A stretch of 40,814 bases of DNA, taken from assembly GCA_964363895.1 (NCBI GenBank), contig CAYIJV010000003.1, forward strand, positions 1 through 40,814, read 5' to 3'. A program made the position numbers and the translations under genes. This DNA comes from an uncultured Candidatus Saccharibacteria bacterium. Its GTDB lineage: Bacteria > Patescibacteriota > Minisyncoccia > Phycocordibacterales > UBA2100. Under the pieces are notes generated by a model, which searched no databases, was not told where the DNA came from, and saw only the letters and a program-made list of their open reading frames with translations. Positions 33,958-40,763 of this stretch are shown here, in pieces. Position 1 is the first letter of the stretch; every line of letters starts with the position of its first letter.

Positions 33958-34779
33958 CTATATCCCAACTTGGGAATTTTCGGACAAAACGACAGATTTT
34001 GCTTTTATCGCTTCACCAAAAAATATACTGCCGAGACTTTCGAATCGATCAATGGGACCTGTTGAAAAGAAACGAGTGGGCTCGCCCTTTGTTATGCGCC
34101 TCTCCACATCGGCATGTCTTTTCAAATATGCCGCAAGGCTTCCCGGCATAACATCACGTTCAGAGATAATGCGAACATGTGGATCAGCCATTTTACATAT
34201 CTTCCGCTCTAAAAAGCCGTAATGCGTACAGCCTAATACAAGCGTGTCGATATCTTCGGCAAGAATTGGTTTGAGATACTTGCGTATGAGAACATCGGCA
34301 TTTTCAGAATCTTGCTCGCCGGCTTCTACGAGCGGCACAAGAAGCGGGCACGCTTGTTGAAATACTGTGATTTGCGGATCAATTTTCTTAATTTCTCTTT
34401 CAAAGGCACCGGATTGTACAGTGCCCTCGGTAGCAAGTATGCCGATTCGTTTGTTCACTGTTTGTCTGACTGCAGCTTCAGCAAACGGAATGAGGACGCC
34501 AAGAACCTTCTGCGTATCATCTCTATGATACTCATGCTGTATTTTCCGCAACGCCTCGCTTGAAGCCGTATTGCATGCAAGCACGACGAGATTAGCTCCA
34601 TTCTCAAAGAGAAATTCCACTCCTTGCTTTGTGAACGCGTATACCTCTTCATTTGATCGAGGCCCGTAGGGTGCGCGAGCGCTGTCACCGAGGTATATGT
34701 ACGAGTATTGCGGGAGCTCTTTCACTATTCCCCGTAGAATGTAGAGGCCGCCAAAGCCAGAATCAAAAAGGCCGATCAT
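33958..34779 (-). CDS. murI: glutamate racemase
   Basis: 273 aa. Motifs FDSGFGGL, the LACNTAS and LGCTHY catalytic-Cys motifs, and YLGDSARAPYG. Confidence 0.92.
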   Translation of the reverse strand: MIGLFDSGFGGLYILRGIVKELPQYSYIYLGDSARAPYGPRSNEEVYAFTKQGVEFLFENGANLVVLACNTASSEALRKIQHEYHRDDTQKVLGVLIPFAEAAVRQTVNKRIGILATEGTVQSGAFEREIKKIDPQITVFQQACPLLVPLVEAGEQDSENADVLIRKYLKPILAEDIDTLVLGCTHYGFLERKICKMADPHVRIISERDVMPGSLAAYLKRHADVERRITKGEPTRFFSTGPIDRFESLGSIFFGEAIKAKSVVLSENSQVGI

Positions 34780-34786
34780 GCCTCGT

Positions 34787-34792
34787 ACTATA
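34787..34792 (-). promoter_or_regulatory. -10 TATAGT, 7 nt before murI ATG
   Basis: The minus strand reads GAGCTATAGT-ACGAGGC-ATG. Confidence 0.5.
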
Positions 34793-34830
34793 GCTCAAAA
34801 AGCGGAGACAAGAAGAAATAAGAAAATAGA

Positions 34831-35532
34831 CTAGCGTCTGCGGCGAGAAAAAAACGGCGCATACATGTCATCTTTAAGGGCAACCTTCAATTCGTTGCGG
34901 TTTACTTTTTCGACGAATTCGACTGGAGCACCCTCGATGATCGCAAGCGGCTGACACTCGTTGCCCTCCCCCATCACAAGAGCGGCGGCAGTCGCAAGCG
35001 AATCCGCAATGTTCGTCTGCGTGAATTTTAGCTTTCGACCATGAATATCCTTTTTGCCGCGGTAATCGCGTAACCCCCGAAACCCCGCGTACCCGAGCGC
35101 AATCCCGACCACCCCAGCGCGAAGAGGCATGATTCTACTGTCTGCAATGATGACCCCAAGTTTTCTTATTTTGTAGTGGGCGCGTAATTTCTTATGAAGA
35201 ACCTCTGCAAGTTTTAAACTATCTTTCGGAAGCAGTATTAATTTCCCGTCTGCGTTCGATTCATCCACTCCCGCATTCGCCAGAATCATTCCGTCTTTTT
35301 CCGTAAGCCACACGTATTTCGTCTTCAATACCCACGCGCTCTCCGCGCGAATAATTCTTTCTTTCTCTTTCACATGTTTCGCAACGACCACTCTCCCATC
35401 CGCAAGTGCGGCGATCTTCGAGGTCACAACAAGCACGGCTCTATCCCGAAGCGCTGGCACATGCGCCGTGATAAACCGCACGAGGTCCTCATTTTCTTTA
35501 AATACTCGCGTGCGAATCGGCGCTACTTTCAT
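34831..35532 (-). CDS. CofE-like (coenzyme F420-0:L-glutamate ligase family) protein
   Basis: 233 aa. Motifs VVTSKIAALADGRV, ANAGVDESNA and IIADSR...PLRAGVVGIALGYAGF. 4-nt overlap with the upstream gene. Confidence 0.7.
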   Translation of the reverse strand: MKVAPIRTRVFKENEDLVRFITAHVPALRDRAVLVVTSKIAALADGRVVVAKHVKEKERIIRAESAWVLKTKYVWLTEKDGMILANAGVDESNADGKLILLPKDSLKLAEVLHKKLRAHYKIRKLGVIIADSRIMPLRAGVVGIALGYAGFRGLRDYRGKKDIHGRKLKFTQTNIADSLATAAALVMGEGNECQPLAIIEGAPVEFVEKVNRNELKVALKDDMYAPFFSRRRR

Positions 35533-36173
35533 GCCGATGCTTTGTCACGGAAGAACCGGAGACCGAGATACGAGAGCGGCGTATACACGAAGCCCATCGC
35601 TACCTTGAAAATCCACCACGTGATAATGATGCGGATAAGGACAGGCGTCGGGTAGACGCCCGCAAATGCGATGGTCATAAAAAGCACGGTGTCGAGGAGC
35701 TGGGACCAGAGATTCGAGAGATTGGATCTGATCCAGAAGTTTGTCTCACCAAACCATTTGCGGAAGAAAAAGAACGAGATGACATCTTGGTATTCTGCGA
35801 TGGCAAACGCGACGAGACTGGCGATCGCAATGCGCACCGAAATACCGAAGACTGTGTTGTAGCTTGCATGCACCCATTCAGCCGCCGGATCCCACGGGAG
35901 CGCAAGCGAGAGGAAGGAATAGATTACAAACAGGGAGGTCGCGATGAACCCTGCGAGCACGAAGAGTTTGGCCATGCGTTTGCCATACACTTCTCCGATG
36001 ACGTCGGTCGTTAGGAAGACAAACGGAAATGAGAACACCGCTACGGAGAGGTGGAGCCCGAGAATGAACGGCATGATCTTGAGACCGAGCGTGTTGGCGG
36101 CAAAAAGCGAGGCGAGATAGACCGCAAGCGCGATCACGATTTTCTTTATGTCTCGTTCGGAGAGAGCTGGCAT
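35529..36173 (-). CDS. YhhQ/VUT-family (queuosine-precursor transporter-like) membrane protein
   Basis: 214 aa, 6 TM, with motifs TTDVIGEVYGKR and IAEYQD typical of DUF165/YhhQ. Confidence 0.75.
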   Translation of the reverse strand: MPALSERDIKKIVIALAVYLASLFAANTLGLKIMPFILGLHLSVAVFSFPFVFLTTDVIGEVYGKRMAKLFVLAGFIATSLFVIYSFLSLALPWDPAAEWVHASYNTVFGISVRIAIASLVAFAIAEYQDVISFFFFRKWFGETNFWIRSNLSNLWSQLLDTVLFMTIAFAGVYPTPVLIRIIITWWIFKVAMGFVYTPLSYLGLRFFRDKASA

Positions 36174-36184
36174 ATGAAAGCCGT

Positions 36185-36213
36185 ATTTTACGGGACGGGC
36201 TTCATTAAAGCAA
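36185..36213 (-). promoter_or_regulatory. promoter TTGCTT-17-TAAAAT, 11 nt before ATG 36173
   Basis: -35 at 36208-36213 and -10 at 36185-36190. Confidence 0.45.
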
Positions 36214-36228
36214 CGCGCGCGTTACAAT
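36201..36228 (+). promoter_or_regulatory. promoter TTCATT-16-TACAAT ending 6 nt before ATG 36235
   Basis: -35 at 36201-36206 and -10 at 36223-36228, then GCTCCG, then ATG. Back-to-back with the divergent promoter. Confidence 0.5.
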
Positions 36229-36234
36229 GCTCCG

Positions 36235-36750
36235 ATGCGCTGTATCGCTATTGCCGCAATTACCATCGATGGCAAGATAGCCCTTAATTCAAGCCATTTC
36301 TCGGACTGGACGAGCCCGGAGGATAAGGCCTTCATGCGCGAGTTCCTCGATTCAGCTGACGTAGTCGTTGTAGGCAACAACACCTATAAAACTGCGGCCG
36401 AGCCGCTTTCAAAGCGAAATTGCATCGTACTTACATCGTCAACCGCAACGACCAAACGCAAGAGCGACAAGCTTCTCTTATGGAATCCCGTGCGTACGAC
36501 ATTTAAAACCGTTGCCGGAATCCATAAAACCGTTGCCATCCTGGGTGGCACGCAGACGTACACGTATTTTCTCGAGAACGATCTCTTGGATGAAATCTAT
36601 CTCACGATTGAGCCGTTGGTTTTCGGTCAAGGCCTCAATCTTTTTGAAACTGATAAATCGCTCGAGACGCACTTCCGTCTACAATCTACAAAAAAACTAA
36701 ACAAGAAAGGGAGCCTACTGTTACATTACATCAAGCACAGCGTTAATTGA
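36235..36750 (+). CDS. RibD C-terminal domain / dihydrofolate-reductase-like protein
   Basis: 171 aa. MRCIAIAAITIDGKIA...VVVGNNTY...ILGGTQTY matches the RibD_C/DHFR-like pattern. Confidence 0.75.
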   Translation: MRCIAIAAITIDGKIALNSSHFSDWTSPEDKAFMREFLDSADVVVVGNNTYKTAAEPLSKRNCIVLTSSTATTKRKSDKLLLWNPVRTTFKTVAGIHKTVAILGGTQTYTYFLENDLLDEIYLTIEPLVFGQGLNLFETDKSLETHFRLQSTKKLNKKGSLLLHYIKHSVN

Positions 36751-36814
36751 GAATTTAAAAGATCTTCTGTCCGTGAGCCTCCCCACGTTTAAACAAATAT
36801 GTCGCGGCAGCAAA

Positions 36815-37063
36815 TCAACTAAGAAGAAAAACGCCTGCTCCCTCTTTAGCGCGCTGCGAAAGCTTGAGTGCCGCGTCGTCGCCCTTCTTGGCGGAAGCTA
36901 CATCCTTGCGATCGATCTGAAGAGATGAAACGGTGTCCTCAAATTCTTCTGCTCCTTTCTTGACCTTAATCTTGTCGCCTTTCGCAAGCTTACTGGTCAA
37001 TTTTACGACCGCAACGCCAAGTTTGTCGTACCAATGAGTAACAGTGCCTATTTGTTTTTCCAT
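36815..37063 (-). CDS. small beta-barrel protein (translation-elongation-factor-like small protein family), hypothetical
   Basis: 82 aa. IGTVTHWYDKLGVAVVKL...GDKIKVKK...VSSLQIDRKDV resembles EF-Tu-domain-2-like small proteins. Confidence 0.45.
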   Translation of the reverse strand: MEKQIGTVTHWYDKLGVAVVKLTSKLAKGDKIKVKKGAEEFEDTVSSLQIDRKDVASAKKGDDAALKLSQRAKEGAGVFLLS

Positions 37064-37137
37064 ACCAAAAATATGCTTATTCTTAGTGCTAAAAACACGA
37101 CCACCTGCATTATACTACCGCCCCTCCTATTCGCCAG

Positions 37138-37219
37138 TGGGTGCGGGGAGACTCGAACTCCCAACCCTTGCGGGACACGGTTCTGAACCGTGCGCGTCTA
37201 CCAGTTGCGCCACGCACCC
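37138..37219 (-). tRNA. tRNA-Leu (anticodon CAG)
   Basis: Hand-folded cloverleaf: acceptor GGGTGCG/CGCACCC, anticodon stem CACGG/CCGTG with loop TTCAGAA, long variable arm CCC-GCAA-GGG, T arm GGGAG-TTCGAGT-CTCCC, discriminator A. CCA is not encoded. Confidence 0.9.
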
Positions 37220-37248
37220 GATTTCGGCATTGTGCAGGATTTCAGCTA

Positions 37249-37254
37249 TATACT
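37249..37254 (+). promoter_or_regulatory. -10 TATACT, 7 nt before ATG 37262
   Basis: AGCTATATACT-CAAGGAT-ATG. Confidence 0.45.
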
Positions 37255-37261
37255 CAAGGAT

Positions 37262-37588
37262 ATGACAAGCCTTTACTGGCTCATAATCGGTGGAAGTGCC
37301 CTTACAGTCGGCGACATCATCTTTAAATATTGGGTGGAGCGATCGCTTCCGTATCTATCTATCACTTACTTGGGCGGCTTCGCTCTCTACATCGTCGGGC
37401 TAATATTTCTCATTGAAAGCTTCAAGACGGAAAATATTGCGGTGGCATCGGCGATATTCGTGCTCATAAATATCGCTACACTTGCGCTCGTAAGCTGGCT
37501 TTACTTCGGCGACAAAATATCGTCCCTTCAAATAGTCGGTCTTCTCCTTGCTTGTACAGCGATCGTTATCCTTGAGTTGGGAAAATAG
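37262..37588 (+). CDS. SMR-family (EmrE/ArnE-like, DMT superfamily) 4-TM protein
   Basis: Start trimmed to MTSLYWLIIGG (ATG 37262), because the longer ORF overlaps tRNA-Leu. It aligns by eye with the EmrE TM1 and TM3-4 regions, but Asp replaces the TM1 Glu. Confidence 0.6.
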   Translation: MTSLYWLIIGGSALTVGDIIFKYWVERSLPYLSITYLGGFALYIVGLIFLIESFKTENIAVASAIFVLINIATLALVSWLYFGDKISSLQIVGLLLACTAIVILELGK

Positions 37589-38219
37589 GAGAAACGAGAG
37601 TTTCTGGGTCTTTCCCATCCCACCGTATTTCACCGTGCACGACCATGTTGGTTATTTTGGGTTGCCATTCGTGCTCGGATTCGTGAATGATATGCGCAAC
37701 ATCATCCTTTGTCATATCGCCAGTGTATGGAATACGATGTTCAAAAAAGACCGGACCTTGATCGTATTCTTCTGTTACAAAATGCATACTGATTCCAAAT
37801 TCGTCTATCTCTTTTCTTTGAAGCGCTTCGATTACCGCGGCTACCGCTTTAACTCCGTACATTGATGAGCCTCCAAATCTCCCGCCAAGTTGTGAAAGGA
37901 GCGCTGGATGAATGTTGAATGTCTTTTTCGGGTCAAGCCCCTGCACTTGCCGAAGCCATCCAGAAAGCGCAATCCATTCTGCTCCCACATCAGCAACAAC
38001 CTTCTGATAGTGCGGTGCATCGTACGGACCAGCAAAATAGACGAACGGGACACCGAGCTTGTCCGCACGATTTCGAACACCGCCGTGTTCGTGATTCGAA
38101 ACAACGGCCACAATTTCGGCATCCAGAGCTCCTGTTTTTGTCGCGACAACCAGATTCTCAAAACCCGAACCGCCACCCTCCTTCGTGCCCGATGCAAAGA
38201 CTACCAGTTTCGGTTTCAT
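37566..38219 (-). CDS. purN: phosphoribosylglycinamide formyltransferase-like (PurN family formyltransferase)
   Basis: Start trimmed to MKPKLVVFASG (ATG 38219, 1 nt after the murA stop). Motifs VVSNHE, NIHPALL and HFVTEEYDQGPV. Confidence 0.7.
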   Translation of the reverse strand: MKPKLVVFASGTKEGGGSGFENLVVATKTGALDAEIVAVVSNHEHGGVRNRADKLGVPFVYFAGPYDAPHYQKVVADVGAEWIALSGWLRQVQGLDPKKTFNIHPALLSQLGGRFGGSSMYGVKAVAAVIEALQRKEIDEFGISMHFVTEEYDQGPVFFEHRIPYTGDMTKDDVAHIIHESEHEWQPKITNMVVHGEIRWDGKDPETLVSPIFPTQG

Positions 38220-38220
38220 A

Positions 38221-39522
38221 TCATTCAACCGCCTCGACGGATGCGCCGAGTTTGGTGAGGCGCTCATGGAGATTTTCGTAGCCGCGGTTTATGGGGTACA
38301 CATCTGTCAGTGTTGAATTCCCTTCTGCCGCGAGCATGCCGATTAAAATGAGGGTAGCGGGGCGAAGGGCGGGAGGCGCTTTTATATCGGCCGCGTGGAG
38401 CTTCGTCGGACCGTCGATAAATACGCGGTGCTGGTCGGCCAATTCCATTTTTGCGCCAAGCTTGGTCATTTCCATGTAGTAGACCGCACGATTCTCATAC
38501 ACCCAATCATGGATGAGTGTACGGCCCTTGGCCTGTGTGGCGACAGGCACGAAAAAAGGAAGGTTGTCGATGTTGATACCAGGATACGGGCGCGCGGCGA
38601 TCTTTTCCGGTGGCGCGTGTAGTGCACCGTCCTCTATCGTGAGGTCGACGAGCTTGGTGCGTCCATTCTCGGCCATGTATTCGGCAGAGCGTGAATATTT
38701 AAGGCCCATGCTCTCAAGAGTGAGAAGTTCGAGTTCCAAGAAATCTATCGGGCATCTTTGAACGGTGAGTTTTGAGCCGGTGGTCGCCGCAAGAGAGATG
38801 AAGAACATGCTCTCGATAGGATCTTCGCTCGGATACGCCACGATGTCCGTGTTTATTTCGGAAACGCCATGCACGATGAGTGTCGTCGTACCGATGCCTT
38901 CTATTTTCACGCCGCATTGCTCTAAAAACACGCAGAGATCTTGCACCATGTAATTCGCGCTTGCGAATTTTATGGTCGTCTTCCCTTCTATTTTCGCGGC
39001 CGCCATTATGACGTTCTCGGTGCCAGTGTCAGATGCCTCGAACATCACTATATCTCCGGCGTGTTTATCTTTGGCGTCCACGTGGAACATGTCGGATTGT
39101 CCATCAGTAATCTTGATGCCAAGTTTTCCGAGCGCCTGAATGTGCGGCATCATCGTGCGCCCGCCGAGTTTGCACCCGCCCGGAAGCGGCAGGTCGAAAG
39201 AATCAAATGCATGCGAGAGCGGTGCGGTGAACATCGAAATAGAGCGCGTTTTTCCTGCGGCTTCCCTATCAATATTCTTTAGATCAAATTCTCTTGGTGG
39301 CTTGATGACGATATCGCCATTATCTTTCCATTCAACGGAAACGCCTATGCTTTTCAAAACCTCGATGATTCGCTTCACCTCCTCGATGCGCGGCATGCGC
39401 TTCAGAGTCGTCGTGACGCGATTCAAGAGCGACGCGCACAAAAGCGACACTGCGGCATTCTTCGAAATGTTCGTCGCGACCGTTCCCGCGAGTTTCCTGT
39501 TGCCAGTGACTTTATAATTCAT
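38221..39522 (-). CDS. murA: UDP-N-acetylglucosamine 1-carboxyvinyltransferase
   Basis: Start trimmed to MNYKVTGNRKLAGTV (ATG 39522). Motifs SKNAAVSLL, the LPGGCKLGGR catalytic-Cys loop and C-terminal RGYENLHERL. Confidence 0.92.
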   Translation of the reverse strand: MNYKVTGNRKLAGTVATNISKNAAVSLLCASLLNRVTTTLKRMPRIEEVKRIIEVLKSIGVSVEWKDNGDIVIKPPREFDLKNIDREAAGKTRSISMFTAPLSHAFDSFDLPLPGGCKLGGRTMMPHIQALGKLGIKITDGQSDMFHVDAKDKHAGDIVMFEASDTGTENVIMAAAKIEGKTTIKFASANYMVQDLCVFLEQCGVKIEGIGTTTLIVHGVSEINTDIVAYPSEDPIESMFFISLAATTGSKLTVQRCPIDFLELELLTLESMGLKYSRSAEYMAENGRTKLVDLTIEDGALHAPPEKIAARPYPGINIDNLPFFVPVATQAKGRTLIHDWVYENRAVYYMEMTKLGAKMELADQHRVFIDGPTKLHAADIKAPPALRPATLILIGMLAAEGNSTLTDVYPINRGYENLHERLTKLGASVEAVE

Positions 39523-39574
39523 GTGCTGTATTACTGTGCCTCGCTCAAACCTAATTCCGCCCCGTCGCTTTCCC

Positions 39575-39603
39575 ATTCTACTATTTTTCGTCCTTTATCT
39601 AAA
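39575..39603 (-). promoter_or_regulatory. promoter TTTAGA-17-TAGAAT, 52 nt upstream of murA ATG
   Basis: -10 at 39575-39580 and -35 at 39598-39603. The spacer shares AAGGAC(T)GAAAA with the repeat A/B promoter. Confidence 0.4.
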
Positions 39604-39645
39604 GGGGCCTTCCTCAACATTCGTCTCGGACCCAGTTATTTATTT

Positions 39646-39666
39646 GGCGCTAGAGCTACTAGCGCC
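39646..39666 (-). terminator. perfect 8-bp hairpin GGCGCTAG/CTAGCGCC (5-nt loop)
   Basis: Seen directly. There is no U-tract on the minus strand (AAATAAATAA follows), so its terminator function is uncertain. Confidence 0.3.
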
Positions 39667-39679
39667 TAGATGTCAAAGA

Positions 39680-39760
39680 AGAAGCGGCCACCGTCTTAGG
39701 TAGCCGCTCCTGTGAAAGATCTCTCCCCTATTGCGACCGCCGATTAAGGTGACCGCTTCT
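39680..39760 (-). terminator. long imperfect hairpin downstream of the GGDEF gene
   Basis: AGAAGCGGCCAC (39680-39691) pairs with GTGACCGCTTCT (39749-39760), 11 of 12 positions, enclosing 57 nt. On the minus strand it is followed by TTCTTTG. Confidence 0.35.
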
Positions 39761-39772
39761 GGAAGGAGACCC

Positions 39773-40480
39773 TCACTTTTTCCTCTTTTCGATGGGGACG
39801 GGCTCCTGGTGGGTCCATTGTCGGCGGTTAGAAGGTCCGTCGGCAGACCTCACATTGTTGCGCCCACCATTTTTCGCGACGTATAACGCTTTATCCGCGA
39901 AGAAAAGAAGTTCCTCGATCTGCTTGTTGGGCGGCATATTGAGAGGAATAAGGGAGGAATCGACGAGCCCAATCGAGATCGTCACCTTGAATTCCTTTCC
40001 ATGCTTCTCCGCTACGAACAAAGAACGCTCCACCGAGGCCCGAATACGTTCAGCGATCTCGAAGGCCTTCTCGTTATCGACGCACTCGAGAAACAAGGCG
40101 AACTCCTCGCCGCCCCACCGGCAAACGCGGTCTTCAGGCCGGATACCTCTCGAAAGACAGCGGGCGACGACGTGAAGCACGGAGTCGCCGACTTTATGGC
40201 CGTGGATGTCGTTGACCGACTTGAAGTGGTCGACATCGGCCATTCCGATGACAAACGGCACTCCGCCCTTGCGGGCACGCCGCTCCACGAGACGCCGAAT
40301 GTCGGTTTCGAAGAAACGACGGTTGGGGAGCCCGGTAAGGAAGTCGAGCGTTGAGAGCCGCTGGAGCTCGAGTATGAGCTCGGTTCGCTCTTTTTCCGAA
40401 AGAAGCTTGAGGTCCTCTTCCGTAATAAGTCCAGTGCGATGCAGAAGAAGCTCCTGCACGCGAGGGCTGAGTGCATTCAT
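39773..40480 (-). CDS. diguanylate cyclase (GGDEF domain) with a short N-terminal helical segment and no sensor domain
   Basis: 235 aa. Motifs DFLTGLPNRR, DVDHFKSVND and RWGGEEFALFL (GGEEF active site). No RxxD I-site was noticed upstream of GGEEF. Confidence 0.85.
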   Translation of the reverse strand: MNALSPRVQELLLHRTGLITEEDLKLLSEKERTELILELQRLSTLDFLTGLPNRRFFETDIRRLVERRARKGGVPFVIGMADVDHFKSVNDIHGHKVGDSVLHVVARCLSRGIRPEDRVCRWGGEEFALFLECVDNEKAFEIAERIRASVERSLFVAEKHGKEFKVTISIGLVDSSLIPLNMPPNKQIEELLFFADKALYVAKNGGRNNVRSADGPSNRRQWTHQEPVPIEKRKK

Positions 40481-40534
40481 GGCAAAGAACTCCTCCGCTT
40501 TGGGTGACGCAGGACAATCCTGCAGTCCGGAGAG

Positions 40535-40563
40535 ATGCTACAACCTTTTATGACAGGAGTCAA
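40535..40563 (-). promoter_or_regulatory. promoter TTGACT-17-TAGCAT with a ~50-nt leader and a GGAGGA SD
   Basis: -35 at 40558-40563 and -10 at 40535-40540. The leader hairpin is GCAGG-ATTGT-CCTGC. GGAGGA (40491-40496) lies 10 nt before ATG 40480. Confidence 0.55.
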
Positions 40564-40691
40564 TACTGCCGTCCGAGGAGCGACTAGGCGTATTCCTCTG
40601 CGGATGGGAGATGATGAAGAGTATTGAGAAACCCTCTCGTCATCACCGCGCGCAAGCGCGCGGGGCAATTTTCCGACCAAGTTATGAATTG

Positions 40692-40763
40692 TGCGAGCGG
40701 AAGGAATCGAACCTTCGACCTTTCCCTTATCAGAGGAAAGCTCTACCACTGAGCTACGCTCGC
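40692..40763 (-). tRNA. tRNA-Ile (anticodon GAT)
   Basis: Hand-folded cloverleaf: acceptor GCGAGCG/CGCTCGC, D arm GCTC-AGTGGTA-GAGC, anticodon stem TTCCT/GGGAA with loop CTGATAA, T arm GAAGG-TTCGATT-CCTTC, discriminator A. CCA is not encoded. Confidence 0.9.

Noticed and set aside
37190-37261. Longer start (GTG 37190) for the SMR-like gene
   Set aside because: It would overlap tRNA-Leu (37138-37219) on the opposite strand. ATG 37262 gives the canonical SMR TM1 start and has TATACT 7 nt upstream.
40646-40663. GC hairpin CCGCGCG-CAAG-CGCGCGG as the terminator of tRNA-Ile
   Set aside because: The T-run (TTTT) lies on the plus-strand side, i.e. upstream of the hairpin for the minus-strand tRNA transcript, and no plus-strand gene needs terminating there. 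Noted as a structure only.
40477-40749. 90-aa minus-strand ORF upstream of the GGDEF gene
   Set aside because: It overlaps the tRNA-Ile gene and the GGDEF promoter and leader, and its translation has no protein-like features.
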